In this document: one piece after another, positions 24,795 through 39,700 of the stretch
Position numbering within the stretch: the stretch's first letter is position 1
Layout of the letters: every line of letters starts with the position of its first letter
From: Reclinomonas americana ATCC 50394
Taxonomy: Eukaryota
Reading direction: 5' to 3'
Length of the DNA: 64,000 nucleotides
NCBI GenBank assembly: GCA_048213135.1
Contig: PS015018.1
Span: 1 to 64,000, forward strand
Translations under genes and position numbers: made by a program
The notes under the pieces: generated by a model
Told to the model about the DNA's origin: nothing
What the model saw: only the letters and a program-made list of their open reading frames with translations
Database searches by the model: none

Positions 24795-27700
24795 TCATCG
24801 TCGACGCAGCGAGGCGGTGGAACGAGGCGTTCGAGCCGAGGATCGCGGCTGTCGGAACGAGAAGTCAGTCATTTCACAATTTGCGTTTTCCCTGCTGGTT
24901 TTTTTGCATGAACGCAACTGACGATGAGTTGGAGCCGGGTGGCGGAATGGGCGAGCCTCCGCGACGAGGAATGGGTGGCGGTGGCGGTGGAACAGGCGAG
25001 CCGTTGCCGCTCACGTCGTCGCCTTCGCGGTCGTCGACGGAGCGCGCACTGGAGGGCATGAAGGGCTCCTGGAGCAGTGGACTCGGTGCCTGCGTAAAAG
25101 CAAGGTATAGTGTGAGCAAAATCATGAAGAGCGCGACCGATGAATGCATCTCCCACGCACCCGAGGTGACGGGGTGTTCCACCGACGAACACCAGGCGCT
25201 GCTGCTGCTGCTGTGGTCACTTCGGCAACGTCCTCCAGCGGCGGCATGTCGCCCGGCTCCGCGACGGCGTTCGCCACTGCCTCTTGAGGCGAGTGCGGAA
25301 CCTCGGGTGCCATGTCACTCGCCATCGACGCGGCAGTGAGGGCGGCGGCGGCTGCCTCACGCCGCACACGCAGAGGCGATTGCACCGCTCGCGCTCCCTG
25401 CGCCAGCGACTCGAAGAACTCACGCTTGTCGGCGAACGTCATACGACCAGGCGACACTTCGCTGTCGTCGTTGGCGCTCGAGCCGACTGCGGCCGCAGCG
25501 GCCGACGAAGCAGCACCGGCCACGGCACTGGACGTCACCGTACTGAGGTCCAGTTGGGTCGCGGAGGGCGACTTGAACGCCCCCCCACTCTTGACGTCTT
25601 GATCCTCAGACACCACTGGAGCCTCGACTTCCAGCAGTTTCACGTCACTCTCCGAAATCACCACCAACGGTGGTGGTGGTGGTGGTGTTGGAGGCGACGC
25701 AGGCGGCACTGACTGTGCTGGCGAGGCCACCGACGAGTCGGCGCCGTGCTGTGCATCCATGTCGCTGGCCACGTGTCGTGGTGAAGGCGGTGGAGAGAGG
25801 GAGCGTGGCGCGGGACGTCCGCGCTTGGAACGGCGTGTCGCCGCTCGCCGCGGTGCCACCAGCACTGGCGGCTCGGTGGAAACCGAGAGCACCGGCACAG
25901 CCACTGCAGGTTGTGGGTTGGGTTCAGGGACAGTGGTGGCGGCGGCGGCAGCAGCAGCAGCAGGAGCGGCGGCGCTGAGAGCTGCAGCATAGACTTGGGC
26001 GTGCGCCTGAGCGGGTGACATCGAGTGCGCCGTGGGACTCACGCGCTCCATCTGGCGAGCCAGCGGACGCAAAACTGTGTGGCACACGAAGCAGTGGTTG
26101 GAAGCACGCTCGAATTGTCGTTTTTGACTCTCCGCACACACTCACCAGCACTTCGGCGACCGGCGTTTCGATGCAGCCGCTCATACACATTCGCCGTGGA
26201 CTCCTCCGGCGCCCCTTGCTGGTGATGTGAGTGATTGTCCTCGGTGCTTTGCGACGTCAACAGGTCGATGTTGGTAATGTCTTCGTTCGCCGCATCCCCG
26301 GCAGTGAGCATGTACATGGCGTCCACAGGCACAGCTGGTGGCTGTGGGCTGTAGAACTCGACAGGCTGCACCCCCTCGCCCCGATCCTCCTGAACACACG
26401 CATGAGCAACAGCAAATCTATCAAGCGAGTGGCACGCACAAACACACACCATCGAGTCATTTCCGAGGCCACCGGCGCCACCGCCCATTGTTTCCGAGTG
26501 CGATTCGTCAGCCGACGTGGGCGACAACGGCATGGAGCCGTCATCCGCAGCGGCTGTACCCGACGGTTGTGGCGTTGACAAGGTGCGTTCCGCCAACTGC
26601 GACACAAACATGAGCACCCGATGCATCAATGAAGAAAAAGCAAGACAATTCTGACAGCGTACCAGACGAAGTTCGTGCATGGCCGTCTGCAAGAGTCAGT
26701 CACAAAAGCATGTGGTCAGCCAGCGAACAAACAAACAAACAGAAATTGTGAATGGCACACAACACCAACCAGTGACTCGGGAACTGGGGGCGGTGGCAGC
26801 AAGCGGGCCTCGCCCTGCTCGCGCTGTCGCTTTTGCGACACTCGGCGTCGGTACCGACCGACCGAGAGCCACCACACCAGCAACACCACCAGCACGATAA
26901 AGATGATGCCGGCGAACGGAATCACCAGGTACCACAACCACCAACGCGAGTCGGAGCGCACAACCACCGACGTGTCGTTGACTGAGGTCGACGTGCTTCG
27001 AATCACTGCATACGTGGCATCCGCGCACACGTACGCAGTCAGCAAGCTGCTTGTGCGATCGTACTGCTGCGTGGCCGTGGTCGGCGGGCAGCCAGTCTCC
27101 GACAACACGTAGGTTTGAGTGCTCGTATCGTAGCGATACAAGCGCGGGTCCGCCTCATCCGCGGTCGACGACACAGTGAGCGTGGAGACGGCTGAGGCTG
27201 ACCACGTTGTGGCGGTGCGCGTTGTAGAGGAGGCAGATGACGACTCGGAGCGCGAGGGATTCGAAGTGGTCGTGGAGTTTGACGACGACGACGAAGACGA
27301 AGAAGAGGTACTGCTCAGTGTAAAACCGGCGAGTACGGTGCCTGACCGTGGGGACGGTGGCGATTGCAGTCCGTTGAGAGAAACCGAGGTCGATCCAGAG
27401 GTGCTGTCGGTGACACCATGATAGTGAGCGCACAAGGAAACATCAGAGACCGACTTGCAACAACTCAGTGAGTGACAAACCCAAACGTAGTGGCCGGGAA
27501 CATGATGGATACGGACGAAGTGTTGCTGCTGGATGCTGTAGAGCCGCTGATCGACGGCAGTGGCACAGACGGCAGCGTCACCGATGAACCACCTGTGTAC
27601 ACATGATATTCAGCCACAAACACACATGTCTTCGCGATGTGCGTGACAAGCACACTCACCGAGGCCGTCGGTACGCGACGGATCCTCCACGTTGACAAGA

Positions 27701-30700
27701 GCGCTGGAGGATGAGGAGGATGTCGAATTCGATGACGAAGAGGACAAATAGGCGGCCAGTGTGATGCGCAGTGGAGCCAGAGGCACAGTCAGTGACGTGC
27801 TCTCAGTGCTGGTGAGTGTCGACGTCGGCGACAGTGCGCGCACTGTGCACGACACGGAGGCCAAGGTGGACGGGAACGGCTGCAGCAGGTCTCGTGTGGG
27901 CACGGCATACACCACTGCAGCGGAGCCAGTGCGCGCTTCGAAAACTCCACTCGACGCCACACTGTGAAGCGCACAGAGGCACAGACAGAGTTGGCGAAAC
28001 AAGCGCTGCCAGTGGAATGTCGACAGCGAACTCACCTTGGCGTGCACCGCAGCATGTACTCGGAAATTGCAACGTTGTTGCTGACGACCTGTTGCCACAC
28101 AAAGCGCACCGTGCCGACTAGGTCGAGGAGTGTGAGGCTTGTCGGAGTTGCCGGCGCCGCTGCAACAAGACGGTGTGAGCGCACGCCAGTCGATAACCCC
28201 CACATGAGGACGGAAATCGGTCACGCACCCAGTGGGCCGACAGTGGTGCTCACTTGCACCAAGTCGCTGCTGGCGCTCTCGCCGACTGAGTTGGCTGCAC
28301 GGACACGTGCTTCGTACGCCACGCCTGCAGATTTTTTACAACNNNNNNNNNNNNNNNNNNNNNNNNNNNNNNNNNNNNNNNNNNNNNNNNNNNNNNNNNN
28401 NNNNNNNNNNNNNNNNNNNNNNNNNNNNNNNNNNNNNNNNNNNNNNNNNNNNNNNNNNNNNNNNNNNNNNNNNNNNNNNNNNNNNNNNNNNNNNNNNNNN
28501 NNNNNNNNNNNNNNNNNNNNNNNNNNNNNNNNNNNNNNNNNNNNNNNNNNNNNNNNNNNNNNNNNNNNNNNNNNNNNNNNNNNNNNNNNNNNNNNNNNNN
28601 NNNNNNNNNNNNNNNNNNNNNNNNNNNNNNNNNNNNNNNNNNNNNNNNNNNNNNNNNNNNNNNNNNNNNNNNNNNNNNNNNNNNNNNNNNNNNNNNNNNN
28701 NNNNNNNNNNNNNNNNNNNNNNNNNNNNNNNNNNNNNNNNNNNNNNNNNNNNNNNNNNNNNNNNNNNNNNNNNNNNNNNNNNNNNNNNNNNNNNNNNNNN
28801 NNNNNNNNNNNNNNNNNNNNNNNNNNNNNNNNNNNNNNNNNNNNNNNNNNNNNNNNNNNNNNNNNNNNNNNNNNNNNNNNNNNNNNNNNNNNNNNNNNNN
28901 NNNNNNNNNNNNNNNNNNNNNNNNNNNNNNNNNNNNNNNNNNNNNNNNNNNNNNNNNNNNNNNNNNNNNNNNNNNNNNNNNNNNNNNNNNNNNNNNNNNN
29001 NNNNNNNNNNNNNNNNNNNNNNNNNNNNNNNNNNNNNNNNNNNNNNNNNNNNNNNNNNNNNNNNNNNNNNNNNNNNNNCGCGGTGGCACCCACCAAACGG
29101 TACTCGAGCACGTATTGCACTGTCTCGGCATCGATACCGCTGTTGGACGGAGCAACAAACGACCACACAATCGAGTTGTCGTTGCCAACACCACTCAGCG
29201 ATGTTGGCGTGGACGGAACTGCAAGCGGAGGAGGAAAATGAGCATCTCACAGAAATCTATGGAATGAGCAATTTCCACTGCTGGTGCTCGACAGTACCTT
29301 CGCTGACGGTGCGCACAACGCCTGGCACGGTGGCCGTGGACGAGGGGAGTGCCGTAAGGCCAACCAAGCAGGTCACTTGCACACGTGAGTATGGCGTGTT
29401 GGGCAGCAGGCCGATTACCGTGAACGACTGCGCACGGTTCGCGCCGTCGCGTACAAACGTTTGACTGATGGTCTGCTGACCATTGGTACCCAGGTTCTCA
29501 ACCATGGTCACACGGTACTGGTTTACGGCACTCGCCGTGTCGTCCTCCGGATGTTGCCACGAGAGCGTGACACTCGAGGAACGAACCGCAACCATGGTCA
29601 AATTGACCAGTGGCTGCGCCGGCGGCGGCAGCAGCTTGACCACACCNNNNNNNNNNNNNNNNNNNNNNNNNNNNNNNNNNNNNNNNNNNNNNNNNNNNNN
29701 NNNNNNNNNNNNNNNNNNNNNNNNNNNNNNNNNNNNNNNNNNNNNNNNNNNNNNNNNNNNNNNNNNNNNNNNNNNNNNNNNNNNNNNNNNNNNNNNNNNN
29801 NNNNNNNNNNNNNNNNNNNNNNNNNNNNNNNNNNNNNNNNNNNNNNNNNNNNNNNNNNNNNNNNNNNNNNNNNNNNNNNNNNNNNNNNNNNNNNNNNNNN
29901 NNNNNNNNNNNNNNNNNNNNNNNNNNNNNNNNNNNNNNNNNNNNNNNNNNNNNNNNNNNNNNNNNNNNNNNNNNNNNNNNNNNNNNNNNNNNNNNNNNNN
30001 NNNNNNNNNNCTACGGTAAGCGTGTAAGTTGGCAGCGTCGCAGGCGCCAGTCTGGCGCGGAGCACACTTGGAGCCATGAACAGCATGACCGGTTCAGTGG
30101 TGATGCCTGCGACAAGCAATTGTGTGAGCAACAGATTACGCAGCGCGACAAAGTAGGAGTCGACGAAACGTTGCAGCATGGTGAACCGCTGAGTCCACTG
30201 GTTGCCAGCCGCGTCGGTGACGGTGATCTCAAACGCGTACGACGGGTTCACCAAGTCGATCTGGGCGCGCAGCGTGACTCCGTCAATCACAAACGCATCG
30301 TTGTTGTTGACGACCATTTCGTCGACAGTGGTAAGCGTGTACACGACAGTGTCGTTGTTCGGCATGTCCTGATCCACCACATCGAGAGTGGCCAGTGGTG
30401 TGGTGGCGGTAGTGCCAGGCGGGAATGTGAGCTGGCTCGGCACAATGCCCGTCGGCGCGTGGTTGACGGTGAGCACAAACACTTGCTCGAGTGTCAGCGC
30501 CTGCGAGTCGGTGAAACGGACACGAATCAGCAGCGGAGTCCGCGAGTCGATCACAATGCCGGCGGCGGCAACGCGCAGCACAGAGTTGCTCTGGCCGACA
30601 AGCTCGAACAAAGCATTGTCGCGGTCGCCGACGCCTGCCACCAGAGTAAAGGTGCCGTTTTCGAACGAGGTCTTGTCGGTGAAGCTCAAGTTGCCGATCA

Positions 30701-33700
30701 CTCGATGCGCGGCTGCTGGCGACACTACCACCGCATTCGATAGTGCCATTGCTTGCGGTGCGATGGCATCTGCGCACAAAGAATTACAATTGGAACAATC
30801 ATGCCACGCTTCGTCGCACACTGGCGCGTTGTACCTTCGTTCAGAGTGAATGTCTGCAGGAATGTGTTGCCGTGGCCGTCGTCGGCCTGAATCTCCACAG
30901 TCTTGGTTCTGCCGGGCTGCAGCGCGCCAACTCGCAGCGCATTGTTGACAATGGTGAACTCGCCGCTGTTGGCCGTGTTGGTCAGCGTAAAGGTGAGAGT
31001 GTCATTCTCAGGGTCGGAGCCACGGAGGGCGGCCAGGGGCGTGTTGGGTGCAGCCTGCGCCGGATAAATGAGCGCGTCGGCACAAATGCTCGTCGGCCAC
31101 AAGTTGAAGGAGACTGCATGATTGCAAGAACACACACGTAGGGTGAGCACACAGAGCAACAACAACAAGAATTNNNNNNNNNNNNNNNNNNNNAAAGCGT
31201 GCCATCCGATGCACGCAAGCACACGTGGAGTACACGATCCTGCGGCTTGGTGATGGTCAGCTCGCCCACGAACAGTTGGTTGTTGGTCACAGTGAACAAG
31301 TTGTTGTTGGTGTCCACATTGCAGCTGGCCAACGAGTAGGTGATCGCAAAGCCGTTGGGGTCCTGCGCAGAGATCGTGCCGATCAACGTGCCAGGGGCGG
31401 CAGGAAGTGGCAGCGGCATCGTTTGCAGCGCCATGGTTGGCAGCGTTGGCGGCAGGTTGACTAGAGAGCACGCGAAGACATGAGCACCAAGTGTACCTAT
31501 CAACAAACTCGCAACCAACGCAACTTTCTGTGAGAGTCACTGGAGCGGTCGTTGAAACGGTGCCGTCGTTGACCACAAGAGTGAGCGACTTGGTGCCAGC
31601 CAGTGACAGGGTGACGCCAGTCTTCACAAAGAGCTGATTGAGGTTGCGTACTTCGAACTCCGCAGCTGCAGCGCCAGCGACCGAGTACGCCAGCGTGTTG
31701 CCATCCACGTCCATGCTCGAAATGGTGCCGACAAACGTGAGCGCCGGTGCGCTCGGGAGGTAGGTCAGTGGACCAGACAAGACCGGTGTACGCGGTGCGC
31801 TGTTGACTGGCACCACAAATGTTTGCACCTCCGTGAGGCCGCCGGCGTCTGTGACGCGAAGCCGCACAATAATCTGTCGTCCAGCCGCCTCGCCAGCAAT
31901 GCCGCCCATGACGACCACCAGCGACGAGCCGTCCACAGCAAAGAAGGCATCTCCGGACCCCGGCATGATGGAGTACGATTTCGTGTCGTTCGCATTGTCG
32001 TCGACTGAGGACATGTTACCGACGACAGTGCCAGGCGCGGCGGGCAGCGCCAACACCGGAGTCGCCAGCGTCAACTGCAGCGCCAGACCATACGGAGCCT
32101 CATTGGCTGCAACAAGAAGATGAAAAGCGTCAATACGTCTGCAGTAGGCGTAATGGTTAACATATCAACGGCAAAAAGCGAGACGCAACATTGGTTAATG
32201 TTAACATCCTGCGTGAATGACAGGCCGCCAGCGTCGGTGACCGTGATACGCACCGTCAGCGGGCCAGTGAGATTGGGGTCGGCCACAACGAGTCGATCGC
32301 CGGGTGCGCCGAGCACGAATCCAGCATTGTTTGCCGCTCCGGCAACCAGCGCATACGAGAACTTGTCTGTCAGCGAAGGGTCGGTGGCAGTGAGCACGCC
32401 GACCACAGTTCCCGCGGCCGATAGTGGTCGGTAGAACGATGGCGACAGCGCAATGCCGGTGGGCGCGGCGTTCACTGCACGGTGGCAAACACGTGGAGGT
32501 GAGTCACTGTAGTCACGTCAAAAGAGAGCAGAAAATGACTTGCGCGCTTCACCTGGAATGATGAAGCGCTGCTGCAACGTGGCTCCATTGGCGTCGGCGA
32601 CTTGAAGCCGCACTGACAGATTCGGCGCCAGCGGCGGCGCAAGACCGGCTGCACTAACGACAAGCGTGTTGCCGACGACTTGCACCAGACCATTGTCGGT
32701 GTCGCCGACGCCGGCAACCAGCGAGAACGACTGCGTCTCAGGCACGTTGACAGGCGAAGCCAGTGTGTTCGGATCGGTGGCCGCCAGTGTTCCGATCGGC
32801 AATCCAGCAGCCTTGGGGATGGTGGTAATGGATGACAGCAGCGTCAGTGACAGTGACGATGGCGGCATGTTGGCTGTTGTGGTGTTGCACAATGAAAAGA
32901 TGTGCATCGTGAGCAACTGTGATGTTCGGTGAATGAAAAAGGGGACTGCACCTTCGGTAATCGTCAGCGTCTGCACAAACACCGAGCCAGCGCGGTCCAC
33001 AACTTGCACAAAGACAATGCGCTCTCCTGTCATGGACGCCTGCGTGACGACCAAGCTCGTCACCGTACCCACCGTCTGCAGCGTAAACATCGCATTCTGG
33101 CCCATGCCATTCGGCAGCGTCAGAGTCCAAGACTCGTTGAGGTCGACGTCGGCCACCGTGAGGTAACCGACAACAAAGCCAACGTTGACACGCGGTGGGT
33201 ACAGGTTGGACGAAATGGAGACACCAGTGGGAGACGTGTTGACTGCGCATGTGTGTGTGTGTGAGTCGCAGCAGTCACAGATGCTCTCGGTGATTTTTCT
33301 CGTGCTCACCTGGAATGCTGAAGCCGTCTTCCACAAACGCACCGGCTTGGTCAGTGGCACGGATGCGCACACGCAGCGGGGAGTACCACGCGCCGGTGAT
33401 GCCGATCATTCCGTTGCCGACTCGAAGCTCGTTGCCGACAATCACGAAGAGGCCGTTGTTGTCGCTGCTGGCGCCCGAGCGCAGACTGAATGTGATGGAT
33501 TCCGAGGCGTTGGCATCGGCAGCACTCAGAATGCCCACAACAACATTGGGCACGGCAGGAAGCGCAAGTGGGGCAGAGGTGCCGCGATTCAGGGCGACGC
33601 TTGACGGGGCCACATTGGCTGCAGACGAGTGGTGTGAGTGCGAGTGGCGGCGACACGGTGGTGCATCATGTCAACGCATACCTTGATTCAACGTCAGCAC

Positions 33701-36700
33701 CGTGCGTGTGACGTTGCCGGAACCGTCGGTGGCCGACAGCTCCAGAGTCTTGGAGGTAGCTGGCGCCAGTTGCAGAACATTTCCAGAAACAATGAGTACG
33801 TTGCCAGCCGCCACAGTAAACTCCACGGCACTGGGGCCTCCGCTCACTGCCAGCGTGATGGGGACACCGTCATCGTCAACGTCGGAAGTTGTGAGGATAC
33901 CAATGACAGTGCCAGGCGTGGCATTCGGCGGATATGTGCCGGCAGAGAGCGCGATGGGTCTCGGAGGGCTCGACACTGGTGGTCGTCGGTGAGAATTCTG
34001 TCGTCACACACAAACAAAACAAGAACTGTCCACTTACCAGGAAGAGTAAACGACTGTTGCGATGCGAGAGCTCCATCGCTGACGGTGATGGTGACGGTGG
34101 CGTAGGTGTGGAGCGTCTCGGCAGCAAGGCCCATGCCACCCACACGAACTTCATTGCCATTAACAATGGACAAGAACGGCGCGCCGGTGCCGGCCGTGAT
34201 GGTGTAGGTCAACGTGGAGGCGGCGTTGGCGTCGGTGGCAGACAGTGTGCCAACCACTATCACACAGTGCACGCGTGAGTGACGACGACTCGTTGAGCAG
34301 AAGAAAGACGGGGGACGAAACAATGGTTGGCAGCCGCAGGCAGAAGCAGCACGGGCGCGGAGAGTGCGAGCGACGGGTCAGACGGCGCGACATTTGCTGC
34401 AAGAGAGCACACCAAATGAGGCATACGCACGACACTGACACTCGCGAACGCACGCACCTTCCACCACTGTGAGTGAGAACTGAGTCAGTGTGGCACCTCG
34501 CGAGTCGACCACGTTGACTTGTACAGTTTGAGATCCAGCAATGGAGACATTGTTAATCTCGAGGCGTGCCGGAGCAGTGATGCGGAAATTGTTGTTGCTC
34601 GCAACACCGGCAGGCAGCGTAAAAGTCCACGCATCCACAATGTCGGCGTCCACTGCCGTCAGCGTGCCAACCAAAGTACCCACGGCTGCTCCTGGAACAT
34701 ACTTGTTTGACGAGAGCGTCACAGCCGTGGGAAGTGCGTTGACTGATCGGAAACACACAGATGCACGAGGTCAGTTGATGAAAATGACAGTGGCGGTCAA
34801 ANNNNNNNNNNNNNNNNNNNNNNNNNNNNNNNNNNNNNNNNNNNNNNNNNNNNNNNNNNNNNNNNNNNNNNNNNNNNNNNNNNNNNNNNNNNNNNNNNNN
34901 NNNNNNNNNNNNNNNNNNNNNNNNNNNNNNNNNNNNNNNNNNNNNNNNNNNNNNNNNNNNNNNNNNNNNNNNNNNNNNNNNNNNNNNNNNNNNNNNNNNN
35001 NNNNNNNNNNNNNNNNNNNNNNNNNNNNNNNNNNNNNNNNNNNNNNNNNNNNNNNNNNNNNNNNNNNNNNNNNNNNNNNNNNNNNNNNNNNNNNNNNNNN
35101 NNNNNNNNNNNNNNNNNNNNNNNNNNNNNNNNNNNNNNNNNNNNNNNNNNNNNNNNNNNNNNNNNNNNNNNNNNNNNNNNNNNNNNNNNNNNNNNNNNNN
35201 NNNNNNNNNNNNNNNNNNNNNNNNNNNNNNNNNNNNNNNNNNNNNNNNNNNNNNNNNNNNNNNNNNNNNNNNNNNNNNGGGAGCACGAAGCAAGCAAGAC
35301 ATGAGCACAGACACCGACAAAGGCACAGCAAATGCCAAGAATCAACGCACTTGCAATAGTCAACACCGCCTGCAGTGTCAAGTTGGCCGAGTCGCGCACT
35401 TGCACCCGCACACTCAGTGGCGTAGCAAGACCAGTCGGCACACCACCGGCGCCGACTTGCAGCTGATTGCCGCTGATCACAAACAGGCTGTTGTGCGTCG
35501 CACCCACGCCGTTCACCAGCGTGAATGTCGCCGAGTCGCCCGCGTTGGCGTCGGTGGCGGCGAGCACTCCAACGGTTACACCGGGCGCCAGCCCACCAGT
35601 GGGAATCAGAATTGGTGTGGCTTGCGGCGTCAGAGTCACCAGAGTGGGTGCCACAGGAACTGTGTGCGTGGTCACACAAGAGTGAGCAATCACGAGTGGA
35701 TCGGTATGCAGATGTAGATACAGCGAGTGAAGCTACAAACCCTCCGACAACGAGAACTGCTGCTGCAGATTGTTGTTGGCCGAATCGACTACATTGACCA
35801 CCACTTGCACCGTGCCAGAGATCGGTGCGCTCAGCACCAAGTTGCGACCGGCAATCGAGAAACTGCCGTTTGCCTGCGGAGAAGTTGGTCAAAAAATGGA
35901 AGCACGACAGCCTCATCTTATTTCTTGCAGACAGCGGCTCACCATTTGACCCGCCGGCAGACTGAATGTGGCCGTGTCCAACGGATCGGGATCGGTCACC
36001 GTCAGGTACCCGATCACGGTTCCCGCGACCGATGCCGGCACATACGTAGCTGTCGACAACGTCAATGCCGTGGGTGCACCGTTGACTGCAGAGAGATACA
36101 AGAGGAATCAGTAACGCCGCACGTGCATTGCATGCGATAAATACAAGAGTGTTCACGCATGCGTACCAGGAATCACAAACGCCTCCTCCACCGACAGTCC
36201 GGACGAGTCCGTGGCGCGGATGCGCACACGCAGCGGATTCGACTGCGGCGCTGTGATCGTGACAGTGGCCGAGGTGCGCAGCTGCGCACCAACAATGGCG
36301 AACAGACCGTTGTTGGTGCTGCCGTTGCCGGACACCAGCGCGTAGCTGGCAATGGTGCCACCAGAGCCGGCCGAATTCGGATCAATGGCCAATAGGTTGG
36401 CCACAGGAGTGCCCGTCGACGCCGGCAGTGAGAGCACCGGCGACACCAGTGTCGCAGTCAACAGTGTCGGCGGCAGAGCAACTGCGAAAAAAAGCGAATC
36501 AGCGACTGCTTGTTTCGTCACCAGCTACCAAACAGGTGCGCAACTCTCCGTCAACGTGAACGTGTTGTCGATAAAGAGGGTCGGTCGAGTGGCATCCGTC
36601 GCACGCACAGTGATGGTGACGGAACCGAACGGCGTCGCCGCCATACCAATCGTCAGTGAGTTACCCATCACCGCAAAGGCGTTGCTGACCGACTGCGCCA

Positions 36701-39700
36701 CGATCGAGAACACGTNNNNNNNNNNNNNNNNNNNNNNNNNNNNNNNNNNNNNNNNNNNNNNNNNNNNNNNNNNNNNNNNNNNNNNNNNNNNNNNNNNNNN
36801 NNNNNNNNNNNNNNNNNNNNNNNNNNNNNNNNNNNNNNNNNNNNNNNNNNNNNNNNNNNNNNNNNNNNNNNNNNNNNNNNNNNNNNNNNNNNNNNNNNNN
36901 NNNNNNNNNNNNNNNNNNNNNNNNNNNNNNNNNNNNNNNNNNNNNNNNNNNNNNNNNNNNNNNNNNNNNNNNNNNNNNNNNNNNNNNNNNNNNNNNNNNN
37001 NNNNNNNNNNNNNNNNNNNNNNNNNNNNNNNNNNNNNNNNNNNNNNNNNNNNNNNNNNNNNNNNNNNNNNNNNNNNNNNNNNNNNNNNNNNNNNNNNNNN
37101 NNNNNNNNNNNNNNNNNNNNNNNNNNNNNNNNNNNNNNNNNNNNNNNNNNNNNNNNNNNNNNNNNNNNNNNNNNNNNNNNNNNNNNNNNNNNNNNNNNNN
37201 NNNNNNNNNNNNNNNNNNNNNNNNNNNNNNNNNNNNNNNNNNNNNNNNNNNNNNNNNNNNNNNNNNNNNNNNNNNNNNNNNNNNNNNNNNNNNNNNNNNN
37301 NNNNNNNNNNNNNNNNNNNNNNNNNNNNNNNNNNNNNNNNNNNNNNNNNNNNNNNNNNNNNNNNNNNNNNNNNNNNNNNNNNNNNNNNNNNNNNNNNNNN
37401 NNNNNNNNNNNNNNNNNNNNNNNNNNNNNNNNNNNNNNNNNNNNNNNNNNNNNNNNNNNNNNNNNNNNNNNNNNNNNNNNNNNNNNNNNNNNNNNNGTCC
37501 CTGTGCCGTGTCGTCCACTGCCGACAGAGTGGCCACAACACTGCCGGACCCAGCTGTCGGCGAGTACTGTGTCGTCGACAACGCCACTTGTGACGGCGCA
37601 TTGTCGACTGCGGNNNNNNNNNNNNNNNNNNNNNNNNNNNNNNNNNNNNNNNNNNNNNNNNNNNNNNNNNNNNNNNNNNNNNNNNNNNNNNNNNNNNNNN
37701 NNNNNNNNNNNNNNNNNNNNNNNNNNNNNNNNNNNNNNNNNNNNNNNNNNNNNNNNNNNNNNNNNNNNNNNNNNNNNNNNNNNNNNNNNNNNNNNNNNNN
37801 NNNNNNNNNNNNNNNNNNNNNNNNNNNNNNNNNNNNNNNNNNNNNNNNNNNNNNNNNNNNNNNNNNNNNNNNNNNNNNNNNNNNNNNNNNNNNNNNNNNN
37901 NNNNNNNNNNNNNNNNNNNNNNNNNNNNNNNNNNNNNNNNNNNNNNNNNNNNNNNNNNNNNNNNNNNNNNNNNNNNNNNNNNNNNNNNNNNNNNNNNNNN
38001 NNNNNNNNNNNNNNNNNNNNNNNNNNNNNNNNNNNNNNNNNNNNNNNNNNNNNNNNNNNNNNNNNNNNNNNNNNAACGCATGGAACATAGCGTGAGCATG
38101 TGCGTTGAGTCAACAACGCGCACATACGCCACACATACTCAACTGGCGAGAGTGAGCACGGTCTCGAAGCTCAAGTTGGTGGAATCACGAACTTGCACGC
38201 GAACAGTAAGCGGAGTCGCCAGTCCAGTCGGCAGACCGCCGGCAGAGACCTGCAACTGATTGGCTGCGATCGAGAATCGGCTGTTATGCGTGGCGCCGAC
38301 ACCGTTGACCAGACTGAATGTAAATGTCTCGGCTGAATTGGGATCGGCAGCCGTGAGCTGGCCAGCTACGGTGCCTGGTGCGAGTCCGCCAGTGGGAATG
38401 AGCAATGGTGCAGCTTGTGGCGTCAACGTAATGCCCGTTGGCGGCACGGCGGCTGTGTAATTTTGTTGACAGGTGGTGAGCAAGGAGGAGGAAAACGAAT
38501 GTTGCGTACACAACAACAACAACACACCTTCGACAATGATAAACGTCTGTTGCAGAGTGTTTCCGGCAAAGTCGACCACATTGACCAAGATCTGATTGTT
38601 GCCAGTGACGGCGGCCGCATTCAAGAGCAGGTTGCGTCCAGCGATGGAGAAACTCGCATTGCTCTGTCATCCCCAAGCCAAACGCAGTGAGTGCACACAG
38701 CAAAGCACACCAAGAAGACCGAGGGGTCTCAGAACAAACCAGTTGTCCGTTCGGCAGTGAAATCGTCGCGGTGTCGAGAATGTCGGGGTCAGCAATCGTA
38801 AAATAGCCGACAACGGTACCGACAGCCGACCCGGGAACATATGTGTTGGAAGACAATGTGATGCCCGTTGGGGAGGCATTGACTGCAGGACGACAGTCAG
38901 TGGACTGGTGCGTGAGTGAGAGATGTGCACACAAGTTGATGTCCTCACCGAGAATGGTGAACGACTGCTCCAAGAACAGATTGGTCTGATCCCGCACTCG
39001 CACTCGAACACTCTTGGGCGACGTCTGCGCCGAGGCGGATATGCCGGCAGCGGCGACCACCAGAGAATTTGGCGCCGAAATGCTAAACAAGCCATTGTCA
39101 CTGTCGCCAACACCGGTCACCAACGTGTAAGTGAACGAATTGCCTGCGGCATTGGGGTCAGTTGCCGACAGTGTGCCAACTGGCGTTGCCGCCACCGCCG
39201 GCAAGTGCAACACCGCGTTCGTCAGAGTCAGCGTCAGCAACGTCGGTGCCACATCAACTGCACAACATATGAGCACGTGAGGGTCGCAGACATGCACAAC
39301 CAAACAGCCAGATACTCAACTCTCGGTCAGCACCACGGTCTGATCCACGAAGAGCGAGGGTCTGCCGCTGTCGCGTGCGCGAATGGTAATGGTAACCGTT
39401 CCGTGCGGTGGCACTGTCCCGATGACCAAGGTGGCGCCCGCAATGGCAAAGGCATTCGCCGACGAAGAGCCAACAACGCTCACGGTGTACGAGGCTGGTG
39501 TTGTGTCGTCCTGTACAGTGTATGATGCGACAACGGCTCCGGCAGCGGCAGTCGGGGAGTAACTGGTCGTGGATACCACGACAGCCGACGGCGCGTTGTC
39601 GACTGTGCGAGAAAAGTTCAGTACGTGTGCACTGTCGAATGATAAGGAAAGTACAGTCACAGGTAGTTGTGCGCAACTTGGGANNNNNNNNNNNNNNNNN

